Positions 13,659 through 27,177 of a stretch of DNA of 64,000 bases are shown here, one piece after another (the first letter of the stretch is position 1; each line of letters opens with the position of its first letter). A model generated the notes under the pieces. The model was not told the origin of the DNA. It searched no databases and was given only the letters and a program-made list of their open reading frames with translations. The position numbers were made by a program, and so were the translations under genes. Source of the stretch: Eledone cirrhosa (lineage: Eukaryota); contig OZ024742.1 in NCBI GenBank assembly GCA_964016885.1, forward strand, positions 314,526,001 to 314,590,000, read 5' to 3'.

Positions 13659-14390
13659 ATTTATTATTGAATGAACACTTATATGACCTCCTTTTCACCC
13701 AAGAGACATACAGATACATATGAAAATATTGCGGGTCAACATTCATTACAGCATTTAGTGTGGCAGTACACATTTAGAGATTACATTCATATTAAAGGAT
13801 ACAATCAAAAATACAATGAGCTAAAGAACATCAGACTTCGATTCTCTAACAGGATTGTCAAACGCCCAATATCGAATCGTCGTGGATTATGTAAGGGGCA
13901 TATAATCTGAAAAATAAGCTCCCCGGACTATGAAAATATCGCAGTGCATGAAATATATATCATCGCTTCGCTACGCATTTCCAATATTTTTAATGCTTAT
14001 ATTTTTAATGCTTACATTATTTTTAATGCTTATATTATTTCTCCACGCACAGGCTATAACAATCATATAAAGAATTCGTTACCAGATCAACCCCCTTAAC
14101 ACTCTTGATTACCTGCTTAAGTGCTTCTATTACACGTAACTCTCTGCCACACTATATAAACAAGACGCACGTGCTTGCCACACGTATAACTATTGCACTC
14201 TATAACCGCTTAAATTCATGTTGTATTTTAACCTGTATTTTTGATTGTATCTTTTAATATGAATGTAATCTCTAAATGTGTACTGCCACACTAAATGCTG
14301 TAATGAATGTTGACCCGCAATATTTGCATATGTATCTGTATGTCTCTTGGGTGAAAAGGAGGTCATATAAGTGTTCATTCAATAATAAAT

Positions 14391-14437
14391 TGCTCCGAAG
14401 AATCCAAACCTCGGTTTGGAGGAAACAGTTGTAAGCA
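14391..14437 (+). ncRNA. Minimal hammerhead motif, CCGAAGA (U4C) core
   Basis: tgct-CCGAAGA-a-tccaaac/gtttgga-g-GAAAC-AGTT-GTA-agca; stems I, II and III all present. Confidence 0.7.
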
Positions 14438-14480
14438 TAAAAATGTTTTGAACAGTTCTTTGATTCTTATAATTCATATG

Positions 14481-14568
14481 ATTCGCAATCGTAAGGTTGT
14501 AAGTTCGATTCCTGGACCAGGCGATGAGTTATGTCCTTGAGCAAGACACTTTATTTCACGTTGCTCCT
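14481..14568 (+). mobile_element. CORE-type SINE fragment
   Basis: B box gttcgattcc followed by gtccttgagcaagacactt, resembling the CORE domain. Confidence 0.65.
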
Positions 14569-14663
14569 TCTACCTGGAGTTCCGACCGATAGATAGTATT
14601 AGCAATTGGAAAGACCAACGGAAACATTGTTCCCTCGGTCCGATTTGACGAAAGTCGATCGTT

Positions 14664-14740
<77 letters not shown>

Positions 14741-14744
<4 letters not shown>

Positions 14745-16040
14745 TAAAATAACAGATTAAATTTTAAGCAAAGAATCGCTGCTTTCACCCTTAACGGGGT
14801 CTTCTGAAACTAACAAAGTCAATCTGTAAACGCAGAACTGGATATTTCAAAAAACGTTGCAACCAGAGGAAGACAGGAAGACGATACTGTGGTTCGTGGT
14901 AACGTTCGCTGGCAAAGAACGGGAAAAAACGAATAATACGTCATTAATAGGAGCGGTGAAAAACAATACGCGCAAAGACAGAACCACGTTTATGGTATAA
15001 AAGAGGTCGTAGACTAATGTTCTCTTAGGTGGTACATAGAGACGTTCTCTGGCAATGAACGAAAAAACGAAGATAATAAGTCATATGTGGAGCGTGGAGA
15101 ACAATAGCACGCAAAGACAAAACCACGTAAATGATATAGCAGAAGTCGTAGACTAAAATTCTAACTAGGAGACCAAATGAATCTCCGCTACAAAGTTAAG
15201 AAGAAAGTAAATAAATACAATACAGAAGTAATAGAAACAAATAAATACATACACGCAAACAGATACGTACATACACAAGCATACGCAAAACCTTACCATA
15301 GGTATACAAAACCACGCACATATAAATATGTGTGTGTGTGTATGCTTGTGTACAAATAAATAAATAATTATATAAACGTATATAAGTAAATAAATACGTA
15401 TATAACAAGCGCACACGCATACCTACATATAAATACACGAATGTTCGGAGACGTAAGTCAACTAAAACAAGAAGTACACATATACACACACCCACCATAC
15501 GTACGAACCTGCATACTCACGCAGACGCAAAACTCCCGTATACACATAGCCAATCCCTAAATACCAGAATATGTAAAAATTATACGCCATAACAGTCAAA
15601 TATACGTACGAGAAGGTATACATACCTTCACAAAACATACGGGTAATATATACTTACCTATGCAAATAAGTAAAGGAATAAAGAAAACATATACTTAGCT
15701 CCCACATCAAGACGTAAAATATCCACGTATAGATGGTGCTATCCGTTGGGGTATAACGTGGGGCTGCAATACAGGAAAGTTTTGTGCAATTTATGTTTAC
15801 AAGCCGAAATTGCCTCAGATTTTTTGTTTAAGATGTGGTCTGTGGCGTAGAGTATTTCCAGGGCTTCAGCGGCGCAGAGGTCACATGGTCTTTTATTTCC
15901 GTTATACGATCTAGCCCTAGCTAGGATCTCCCAGTGTAACTTATATTGGGTGTGGTTGTCTTTTAGACTCCACATATAAGCTGAAAGTGACGTCATATTC
16001 CTTCTTAGAGGGTAACGAAAAGAATGGGTATGCAAGTAAA
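14741..16040 (-). mobile_element. 3' fragment of a PLE (same clade as the element at 36618-37713): endonuclease C-terminus, 3' UTR and pLTR ending in (TA)n
   Basis: ORF 15739-16056 reads HSFRY..TSLSAYMWSLK..LHWEILARA..CDLC..E..ILNKKSE..SACKH. Internal ~138 bp tandem duplication at 14889-15163. Its terminus recurs as short copies at 27851, 29660, 41492 and 45083, and an internal part at 62280-62500. Confidence 0.8.
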
Positions 16041-17111
16041 GACATAGATGCTTCATCTCTGAACGACATTGCTAAACGTACAGTTCAATTTTTGAAAACT
16101 CGATCTGAACAACAGATTCAAAATAAATTAAAGCAAATCGAAATTGCTTTTAAATTAATCAATAAACATTTGGATAAACTACGGTGTGTTTTTTCTTCGA
16201 ATGCTGTCCAGCAGCAGCAACAACAACAACAGCAGCTACAACGGCAACAACAACAACAGCTACAACAACAACATCGACAGCAGCAACAACAACAACAACG
16301 ACAACAACAGTGTGAACCACTCCTTGATTCATCAACAATGTCCGATCTACTAAATGAAACTATTGACCTCCCAGTAGCCTCTGTCTCACAGCATGAAACG
16401 CCACATCCTTTCTCTGACCCAGCAGTCCAATCATCACCACTGCCAACATCTTCTCTGCCTACTACTACTACTACTACTACTACTTCAACATTTTTGTCTA
16501 CTGCTATGTCAAGGAATTTACCTTCTAATACCAGAACAAGAACTCTCCCTCCCACAGTCCACAAAGGTCGTCAAATCCTACTCAAACCATCATCTACACC
16601 TCTCACAACACACACACCCACATACCCACCCACTCGAAACCCCATCATTTGCCGCTACTCTCTACGCTATAGAATATGTACGGATAGTGGCTGCAAATTC
16701 ACCCATTTACCTAGGACAAAACGATCTATCCCCACAAACAGCCACCACCATAATACATACTCTAATTTAACACCAACACAACCACCAGTAACTCAAACAA
16801 GGAATCCACAAATCTGCCGCTTTTCCCTGCGAGACAGATTGTGTTTAGACCGGGATTGTCCCTTTACCCATCTCCCGGGGACCCGTCGGACAAATGAAAA
16901 TAAAATTAAAAATAAAAGCAAAAACAAAAACCATAACCTACATAAAAATAACCACTACCACAGTCACCAACAGTCTTCTAAACAGGAAACTACTTCCTCT
17001 TTTTTAGCCATAATGAATCTGGCAAAAGAACTGGAAAAAAACATTCGAGCTATCACCCAGCACCACCCTCCACTATCACCCCACTGCACAAACTCCCATT
17101 GCTGCCATTAA
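15987..17111 (+). CDS. LINE ORF1-like protein (5' end chimeric): coiled-coil-like segment, polyQ, polyT, two CCCH zinc fingers
   Basis: CRYSLRYRICTDSGCKFTH and CRFSLRDRLCLDRDCPFTH; lies directly upstream of ORF2. Confidence 0.7.
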   Translation: MTSYSFLEGNEKNGYASKDIDASSLNDIAKRTVQFLKTRSEQQIQNKLKQIEIAFKLINKHLDKLRCVFSSNAVQQQQQQQQQLQRQQQQQLQQQHRQQQQQQQRQQQCEPLLDSSTMSDLLNETIDLPVASVSQHETPHPFSDPAVQSSPLPTSSLPTTTTTTTTSTFLSTAMSRNLPSNTRTRTLPPTVHKGRQILLKPSSTPLTTHTPTYPPTRNPIICRYSLRYRICTDSGCKFTHLPRTKRSIPTNSHHHNTYSNLTPTQPPVTQTRNPQICRFSLRDRLCLDRDCPFTHLPGTRRTNENKIKNKSKNKNHNLHKNNHYHSHQQSSKQETTSSFLAIMNLAKELEKNIRAITQHHPPLSPHCTNSHCCH

Positions 17112-20100
17112 CAAACAAACAAATTAACAACACACCAAAACAATTAAAACCATCCACTCTCGCCTCTACATTTTTGCTTAACGCCCAAGGCATCAGCCCT
17201 TCCACCAATACTCAAAAATGGAAGATCAAATTCCTGGAGGACTGGATTGATGTCCATCCAAACCACATCCCTTTCTTCGTCCTCACTGAAACCCATCTCA
17301 GTAACCTCCACTTGGAAGCCGAGGTGAAAGTGAAAAATTTCAAAGCCATCCGTGCTGATCGCGCTGGCAGAAGAAAGGGCGGAACTGCCATTTATGTCCA
17401 TAATTCTTTCTCAACAGAGGCTATGAACATATTTTCTAATGGATACTGTGAAGCAGTCACTGTATTCAGTCAAACCAACAACCTATTAGTAGTTGGGCTC
17501 TATAGGCCACCCCAAACGCCTGTACCATGCTTCAAGGAATGCCTCAACAGCATAAAGTGTTTCATCCAAGAGTGTCACCCTGACAACATCTTAATGATGG
17601 GGGACTTCAACCTCCCCGGAGTTGACTGGTCCACAAACAGCCTGCCACCAGGTTCTTCTGCCTCAACCTCTGACAGGGAAGCAGTGGAATCGCTTCTTGA
17701 CTTCATGGATGATTTCTTCCTATCCCAACTGGTGCTCGAACCAACGAGGTGCCACAAAAACGTCCTAGACTTAATTTTCAGCAATCACACTGACAATATC
17801 CACAATATTGCAGTGGAGAAAACTCTACTCTCTGATCATGACATGGTTCTCTGTGATCTGAGATTCCACCGTCCAATATACAAACCCAATGTCATCTCTC
17901 CTGTCCATCCGTTTGACGCTATGGATTTCCACAATGCAAACTGGGAAGCGATCAGTCATGATCTTGCACATGTCGACTGGTCCTTCACGCACACTCATAC
18001 ACGCACTAACATCAAAAAGTCCTGGCAGACATTTGTGGACACTGTTACAAACATATGTGCTAAACACACCCCATTAAGAACTATAAACAAATCTAAGAGC
18101 AGAATCCCTAGAAATAGAAAAACGCTCATCAGAAAAATTAAGAGAACGAACAAAAAAATCAACAAGCTGAAATACTGTCAGCAGCAACACATCAACTTGA
18201 CTGCCATTTCATCACTAGAGATTAAAAAACATAACCTCCAAAACAACATAATGTCCCTCATCAACAATCAGAGAAGAGCTGAAGAGGCCTGGGCCATTGA
18301 GAAGATCAAACTCAATCCCAAAGTGTTCTTTTCATTTGCAAAAAAACACAAAATCACTGGCTCTACTGTTGGCCCTCTAATTGATGAAAATGGCACTCTT
18401 CAAGACAATGCTAAAACCATGGGTGAGATACTGCAGAAACAATACTGCTCTGTTTTCAGCAATCCTGATATGGCCGATCTGGGCTGTATCGGCGATGTTA
18501 CTCCCCATTACACCTTATCGGACATAACGTTTGGCGCCCCTGATGTCTTAGCGGCAATAAAGGAAATCAAGCATAATTCAGCAGTAGGTCCCGATAGATT
18601 CCCTGCTTGTGTCTTGAAGGCGTGTCAACACCAACTTGCATCTCCTCTTGCCAATCTGTGGCGGAACTCACTGGATGCTGGATATGTGCCAGAAAACCTT
18701 CTATCCCAGTCTGTTGTCCCAGTTTTCAAAAAGGGAAAATTACCGTCCAATCTCACTCACCTCTCATATCATTAAGGTATTTGAGAGAGTGGTGAGATCG
18801 CGAATGACCCACTTCCTTGAGAGTAACAATATGCTGAACTCCAACCAGCATGGATTCCGTAATGGAAGGGATTGCCTGACGCAGCTACTGCATCACTTTG
18901 ATGACATTTTGAGAGCCTTGGGAGAGGGTTCCAACACTGATGTTATCTACCTTGATTTCAGCAAGGCCTTTGACAGGGTTGATCATAACATTCTACTGAG
19001 AAAGCTGTCCAATATTGGTGTCACTGGAAAGCTGCTGCAGTGGATCAAGAGCTTCCTGTCAAACAGAATCCAACATGTTGTAGTTGAAGGAGTCAAATCC
19101 AGCCCAGCCAAAGTCAGTAGCGGGGTCCCATAAGGCACTGTGTTGGGCCCACTTCTCTTCATCATCTATATTAATGACATCACTGACATCATCAAACACA
19201 GCAACATTAACATTTTCGCTGATGATTCCAAGCTCCAAAAGGTCATCAATGGCGTGGATGACCGGATAAGCCTTCAGTCAGACCTACTGGCTGTTACCCA
19301 ATGGGCGGAAAAGAACAACATGTTACTGAACGAAGACAAATTCGAACTGATCCACTTTGGAAAAGAGGATGCTCTGAAACTCCCGTACTCCCTTCCCTCC
19401 GGGGAAACTCTCGTGGCATCTAACAACATCAGAGACTTGGGAGTAACCGTGGACAGCAACATAAGCTGGACCACGCATATAAGCAGCAAAGTTGACATGG
19501 CCCGCAGAATGTGTTCCTGGATCCTCAGAACCTTCCAGTCGAGAGATTCCCACACCATTATCCTTCTCTTCTCTATTTTTTCCCGACCACACCTTGAATA
19601 CTGTTGTCCACTGTGGTCTCCCCACACGAAACAAAGTATCATGAAACTTGAAGCTCCTCAAAGGGCAATCACGAAAAAGATAGATAGCATGTCAGACCTT
19701 GACTACTGGGGTCGATTAGAAAACCTGAAACTTTACTCACTCCAACGTCGCCGTGAGCGTTATATTATCTGCATGATGTGGAAAATGTTCCATCATCACT
19801 GCCCAAATGATGTTGACATCGCCTTCAAGATACACCCAAGGCTTGGGCCCCGTGCTATCCGTCCCATTCAAAAATCTAAATCGCAACTCATAACAACAAT
19901 ACGGCACAATTATTTCACCTCAATCGGCCCTGCTCTCTTCAACATCACACCAGGACACGTCTAAACAGAAACTGACCACACAAAATTCAAGAAGTCTTTG
20001 GACAAATTCCCCCAAGTAATCCCGGACAAACCACCCACACCCGGATATGTCTCCGCAAACAGTAATTCTCTTCTCGAATGGGCCATGGTGCCCAAATCCT

Positions 20101-20178
20101 GAATTGAAAGACTTCGCCAGGTGGTGCTATTAAGTTAGACATGGCCTGGGCCAATACTGGCCAAAACATTTCAAAGTT
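16040..20178 (+). mobile_element. CR1/L2-group LINE (ORF1 plus APE-RT ORF2), 5' truncated, ending in (TA)n
   Basis: Two ORFs and a short 3' UTR shared with the copy at 31352-33606. Confidence 0.92.
17099..20102 (+). pseudogene. LINE ORF2: apurinic-like endonuclease plus reverse transcriptase, disrupted
   Basis: LTETHL, GGTAIY, YRPP, MGDFN, LDLIF, SDH; NYRPISLTS, YLDFSKAFD, SGVP*GTVLGPLLF, FADD, RPHLEYC, LQRRRER. Frameshifting deletion near 18740; stops at 19131 and 19962. Confidence 0.95.
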
Positions 20179-20893
<715 letters not shown>

Positions 20894-20926
20894 TGTTATG
20901 TAATAAACAACATAAGGCGATTATTC

Positions 20927-20981
20927 CATTTACCAGTGGTTTCTTAAAAGCAAAAAAAGTTTGCTTTCAGTCATCAGAATG
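20927..20981 (-). ncRNA. Minimal type I hammerhead motif, canonical core
   Basis: catt-CTGATGA-tgaaagcaaa/tttgctttta-GAAA-CC ACT GG-TA-aatg. Confidence 0.85.
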
Positions 20982-21075
20982 AAAAAATCATGGTGTATTT
21001 ATTTGCGTTGGATTTTAAAAAAGTTTTTAAATGTTTTTTATAATCCAACGCCAGTAAATACACCATGATTTTTTT

Positions 21076-21130
21076 CATTCTGATGATTAAAAGCAAAATT
21101 TATTTGCTTTTAAGTAACCACTGGTAAATG
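21076..21130 (+). ncRNA. Hammerhead motif with GAAA mutated to GTAA
   Basis: catt-CTGATGA-ttaaaagcaaa/tttgcttttaa-GTAAC-CACTG-GTA-aatg. Confidence 0.7.
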
Positions 21131-22524
21131 AAATAATCGCCTTATTTTGTTTATTACATAACTATTAAGCGCTGTTACTTACATAGAGCACTCTTTTTTC
21201 CTGGACTTTTCCGACGGAATTACTTCATTTACACATATATTATATATATATGTAAAAGTTCTATTTAAATTGCTGGGATACAGCAAGCAAATATTTTTAT
21301 AACTGATATACAGCACTCAACAAATAATTGGAGTAAAAATACGATATTAACAAATGGAAACTATATTTATAAAACCATATTTATTTCATTATACATATTT
21401 CAAGGACACTAAGTTACATTATGGTGTACTTTCATTAGATAAAATATAATATAGAGCAGTTTTATAAATAAATATTGACATACCCTTAAAGAATGCAACC
21501 ATTACTGTTGAAAGCTCCCGGATAGTGGAGTTATATCTTTCATTATACTATTAGGTAAGTTAGTATTGGATATTTTAAAATAAGCCGTTGGGTTCCGGAG
21601 AAAGAGAAAGAGAAAGAGAGAGGAGAAGAAGAGAGAGAAAAAAGAAAGAGAAAAAAGAAAAGAATGAGAGAGAGGAGAAATAGAAAGGAGAGAGAGCGAA
21701 AACTCTAAGTGATAGGTTGTTGAGTTATCTTAAACACTTGAGATGAAATGAATAAATAAAATTAGAGATGTAAATAATCATGAATGGAAGATATATATAT
21801 AATATGAGAATTTTAACCATTGTTTAAATATAATTAAATGTTTAGTCAATCAATTAAAATATTGAGATCAATACACTAAAAATTGAGATCTATATATTCA
21901 GAAATCTATATAGTATTATTAAGACTATATATTATTACTATATATTATTAAAAATCTATATATTAATATTATTGAAAGAATATAACACATATATACACGC
22001 AAATATACATACATATAAATATATATACACACGTATAAACATATATACATATCTATCTACGTATATAATATATACACACAAAATATAAAGGATTTTTTAA
22101 TTTAAGATATAGGAATCTTATAAAATCGGAGAAAATCATTTCTATGTAATATCAAAGCAGCATGAAGGAAAATTACGTTATTTAGTTATATAAATGTTAC
22201 AATTGTTAGGATATTAAAGGAAATTTTATGTTATGCGCATTTTATGTTATTATACACATTTTTTTTATATAAGTTTTATATTTAATGAGATTACCTGTTA
22301 TGTAGTTATGACTGTTATTATATATGTTTATTTGTCACGAACCTTAGGATAATCCTTATAAATAAGTGCAATCGAATTGTATGCATATACACATATATAT
22401 ATACACAATACCCACATATACATACATAGACGTACGCACACAAATAGGTAGATAAGCATCACACATATATATACGTACAGACACACATACACACATAAAT
22501 ACATCTATATGTTTATCAATACAC

Positions 22525-22557
<33 letters not shown>

Positions 22558-23344
22558 GAGAGAGAGAAATAGATATATAAATACAGTACATAGTATAATT
22601 GAAGTACATAAAATACAAAAGAATTATATTACGATTTGGAAATATAATTATAAGCAATATAACTTTCCTACACACATATATATATACACACACACAAAAT
22701 ATATATTCTCTCCATCTTAACATACTCGCACACACACACATAACACCCATATACACACACACAACTCCCTCCCCCATCTCTACTAATAGAATCATCTTCC
22801 AATACACACATACACACACACATACACACACACAAGCACACAAATAAACACATATCTTCAGTCTCAATAGAAAATCTGAACTCTGACACCTGAACTCTGA
22901 CAGCTGGCCATATTCACTGAACCAGAACATTACTCCCAATCCCTTTTCCCTTGACCACTATCTCTCCATTGTCATAACATTCACTATAAAGACTACAGAA
23001 TAGTTTTCCAAATAAGGGCGCAAAAATGTAATGAAAACTTGTTCACGTGACAGCCAAATTTCATTTATAACCAACCAAAAAAAAGCCTTCGTGAGCCTCC
23101 TTTTTTCAAGTAAAAAGAAATTCTAACACTCATATATGAAAAAACAACCTGTGACAATCCCCCCTCTCTTATTTGAAGAACTATTGTAACGCGAACTGGC
23201 GCGAAATTTATTATAATTATTGACAAACCAATCAAATTACTTCTCGAAAAACCTGGCTTTCGAGCCACTTTTTCCATATAAAACAAGTAACATTCAGAGA
23301 CCAACCAGATGTGAGAAAAACCACAGACCCTCCATCTCAACTCA

Positions 23345-23382
23345 CCTTTTGAAAAGCAGAAGAACTGCGAAACCGGTAAAGG
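23345..23382 (+). ncRNA. Minimal hammerhead motif, U3-A8 variant
   Basis: cctt-TTGAAAA-gcag aagaa ctgc-GAAA-CCG-GTA-aagg, followed by aaataaa. Copy at 34878-34915 (-); decayed copy near 50525-50560. Confidence 0.78.
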
Positions 23383-23451
23383 AACCAAATAAATATATAT
23401 ATTTAAAAAAGAAATAAAACTTCAGTTGCATTTTCGATTTCATCTCTTTTT

Positions 23452-23496
<45 letters not shown>

Positions 23497-23511
23497 ATAT
23501 ATATATATATA

Positions 23512-23601
<90 letters not shown>

Positions 23602-26600
23602 CTAGCAGTTTAGCCAGGCGTTGCTCGGGTTTGTTCATTTGCTATGAAAAGTTACATACAGGCAAGCGTGGCTTGAAAGCGAATAAGCTTATCAATTAAG
23701 TGCATAAAGCAGTTGAACCGGTTATTAAAAGGTACGAACCAATTAGCATTTTGGACAAAAATAATGATGTGTTAATAATCTTCCAATAGAGAATTTAGTA
23801 GACCAAAGGTGTAAGATGGTGGCCCTGATGCCGCAGGGTGTTAGATCTGTTCGACATGGGTGACCCTACCAGGAAATAGTTTTCCTGACTGCATAGCTCC
23901 AACACCTCCATCACCTGCACCAACATCTATAGCACCTCTTTGTAGACGGTATTGCGCGTCATCCATTGAGGAGTGTAAGCAAAAATTCCATTCCTGTTCC
24001 ATTCGGGGGAACAGGTAACATAAAGTTGGCCATGGGAGAAGCGTGGCTCGCCCAAATGGATGCCCGCCAGCGACAATGTTTGCCCTTGTGACTTGTTAAT
24101 GGAGATGGCAAAACATGGTCTCACCGGGAATTGGGATCGCCGGAAATCGAACGGGATATCTGACGCCGAGGGGAAAAGGTTCATCCTTGGAATGAAAACA
24201 TTCTCCCCTTTCCGGCACACCGTTACAATGGTGGCTTCAATCAAGTGGGGCATCAGTGACTTGACGACCATGCGAGTACCGTTGCACTGCTTTGGTGGAT
24301 GCAAGTTCCTTATTAGCATAATGGGACAGCCAAAATAAGAATGTGAGGTGGGAGCCCTGGGGGCTCAAGGGAATTTAATAACTCAACCGGATAATTAACG
24401 ATATCGTCGGGGTCTGATGTCCGTTCAATATATTTGAAGATGTGCTCTTTACCGGGAATCTTCTCAATAAGCTGCTCGTTAATAAAATTAACCATGGTAT
24501 TTTTCGGAGCAAGGATGGCTCTTTCGCTGAGCCAATCGAGGTTTTTAAAGTTAGATGAGACATTAGTAAAATCTGCTTCCCAAAGGTCAGAAGGGCTGCT
24601 CACAATGTTGCACAGAGAGTCGATTGCTCTGCCGCCCTTGTCATCCGCAGAGGCCTTGCCCTCACCAAGTGCTAAAATGTTCTGAGCAAATGCTGCAGAC
24701 ATGTTGTCACTATGCAAATGAGCACGCATATTTGTGCTCAGGTACAAACTCTTCACCTAGAGACACAACATGGACGAGTTAAGGCAAGCACGTACTTCAT
24801 CAGCCTTTGTCCCTTTGGGGATGACAGGCAGCGTTTGCCGAAAATCCCCTGATAGCAGAAGGGTTACGCCACCCATAGGAGCTGTAGAATCCCTAAAGTC
24901 TTTCAGCGTTCCGTCCAATGCCTCAAGGGCACCCCTGTGTGCCATTGTGCACTTATCCCAAAAAATGAGGCAACATTTTTTGAGAACCAGAGCTTCGTGT
25001 GAACTCTTGCTGATATTGCATGTTGGTGTCTCAGTTTTTACTAAATCCAAGGGGAGTTTAAAGGTTGAATGTTCTGTCCTGCCTCCCGGCAGCAAAGTAC
25101 CAGCGATCCCGGACGATGCAACGGCCAACGCAATTTTTTTCTCCTGACGAATCTTAGCGAGAATCAATTTCGTTACAAAGGTTTTTCCGGTACACCCAGG
25201 AGCATCGAGAAAGTAAATACCCGCAGTCTGATGTTGAACCGCGTCAATGATAGTTAAATAGGCCAACGTTTGGTCCGACAGAAGTTTGGGCTCATTTTCC
25301 TCTAAGTATTGGGAAAGAGATTCGATGTCATATGCTGTTTCCCACAACAAATCCGGGGCTAACGTGTTAGCTTCCTCTCTGACTGTTTACCGCAACCCAT
25401 TCATCCCCAACTCACTCCCACCCATGTCGAGGACGGCGTCCTCGAAATCAATGAGTGTCCTGTTGTAGATAATGTCGATGTAACCAACTTCCACTGAAGG
25501 ATACTGCAGATGAGCCAGGCGCAGGAAGTCCTCAGACATGAAGTCTCTGTACTTGACCCATATTCACACTTTTGAAGCAAAATGGCAAAGAGTTCCCGTA
25601 GACCTTTAGGTGATTTCAACAAAGCACTCTCTGCTAAAGTGGAATCCCATTGCGAATCATCTTCCAAAAGACCACAGTTAAAGCAGGCTTCCCGGCACGT
25701 ATCACATATTTCTCCCTCACCAGTTTTGAGGTCCTGAAAACTTTGTGGGCCTACAACTTCATGCAGAAGAAGGCGGAGATGAAAGCATTCATGCTGACTT
25801 GGGGGCACAGTGTAAACCCTTCCAAGACAGCTGTCAAATTTTACACCAGGATGTCTTTCAACAGCCTGACTTGACCTTATTCGTACCCAAGTGTTTTTCG
25901 ACCATATAAAGTAGGATGGAACCTGGGGGTACACAAGTTTGCGCAAATGTATCGAACTGGCAAAGTTTGAAAAACCCGTCAGAGTGGTCTCTTTCGGATC
26001 GGCGGCCAACTTGGCGGCGGTTTGGTTCGTAAAGTAAACCCTTTGCCCATTTTCAAAATGTACCGGGGTGCCGTTGGTGTAGGGGTAAACCAAATAGGCG
26101 CCAAAAAGCTTCACTGCTACTGATGTACCGCCCCGCCAGGTACTCTGTTATCTCGTCCCAGCTTGAAATGCGAACATTGCGGCATCAGATCCCTTATTTA
26201 CATATTTGCTAATGTATTTTATCGACTTGACGGAGTTGCAGAACTCAACGTTGTTGTAGGCGTTGAACATCTTCAAGAGAAGCGGGCAGTAAGGGACCAC
26301 CCATCTATTGTCGCCTTGACCTCCCTTTACAGTTGTGGTGAAGACACCGTTCTCGGGTCGTCTCCGCCTGTACAGGGGTACCCGTCGCCACCAGTCTGGG
26401 TTAGGGATTTTAGCCGAAATGAAGCTGTCTATGGCATTTGAATTGATTTTATCAGCTAACCAAATCAAAACGTGAGCATTTGGCAGCCCTCGTTTTTGCC
26501 ATTCGACGGTGAACATGTCACATTTTACAGCTCCACATACCTGACCCTCTTTGATTAAGGCCATGAGTTTAGCCAGTTTCAGTCTGAACACTTTGGCAAT

Positions 26601-27162
26601 GAGGTCATGTCTGTTCGAATAATTTTTCCCAGGAAAAAGTTCACGGGTTACATTCCGATTCATATGTCTATAGCATTAATCTGTTATATGAAGTGTTATT
26701 TTGCGGGTTGTTATTTGCAATAAGCCGATTCAAAATGCCCCAGATAAGCCGTATGTCAATACGGAACGCTCAACATGGAACGCTCAATACGTACGCTCCA
26801 CTGCAGTGTTGTCATATAGGGAGTGAAGAGCGACATACAGAGTAAATCACTTAAATTATAGAGAGGGAAATATACGGAACGCTCCATTTGATCATACACA
26901 CTGTTTCTCTCTCTGCAGTGTTGTCATATAGGGAGTGAAGAGCGACAGAGAGAGTAAAGCAGCTAAATTATAGAGAGGTCGTTATTGTTACGTTTGTTGA
27001 TTTTTGCACTTATAGTTGATGGATTTGAAATTATTTTACCTCATGATATTTTCCTGACCAAAATTAATAAGTGTCCTGACTTTGAATAAAATCTGTTGGA
27101 AATTGTGGACGTGCATACGTTACAAACATTGTCACACACATCCTCAGATTTATATATATAGA
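23602..27162 (-). mobile_element. Internally deleted Helitron with a fragmented RepHel gene
   Basis: Rep HUH motif VEWQKRGLPNAHVLIW, DNRWVVPY, KSIKYISKYVNKG; PIF1 helicase motifs LDAPGCTGKT, GDFRQTLPV, AILAPKN, QFPVRPCFAISINKSQGQT. 5' TC at 27162, 3' GC-rich hairpin plus CTAG at 23602, inserted between A and T. Confidence 0.93.
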
Positions 27163-27177
27163 TATATATATTATATA

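Larger units (their letters stand above)
13570..14479. mobile_element. Non-autonomous hammerhead-bearing element with ~245 bp inverted arms (13570-13815 / 14234-14479)
   Basis: Near-identical inverted arms (the same peptide appears on both strands in the ORF track). A related copy lies at 29420-29600. Confidence 0.8.
20895..21232. mobile_element. Small fold-back element (inverted arms 20895-21162) with a hammerhead in each arm
   Basis: Imperfect palindrome flanked by (TA)n. Confidence 0.8.

Noticed and set aside
21300-21500. Possible decayed GIY-YIG C-terminus (resembles IEQFYINKY) upstream of the 23345 hammerhead
   Set aside because: Too short and frameshifted to support without a search.
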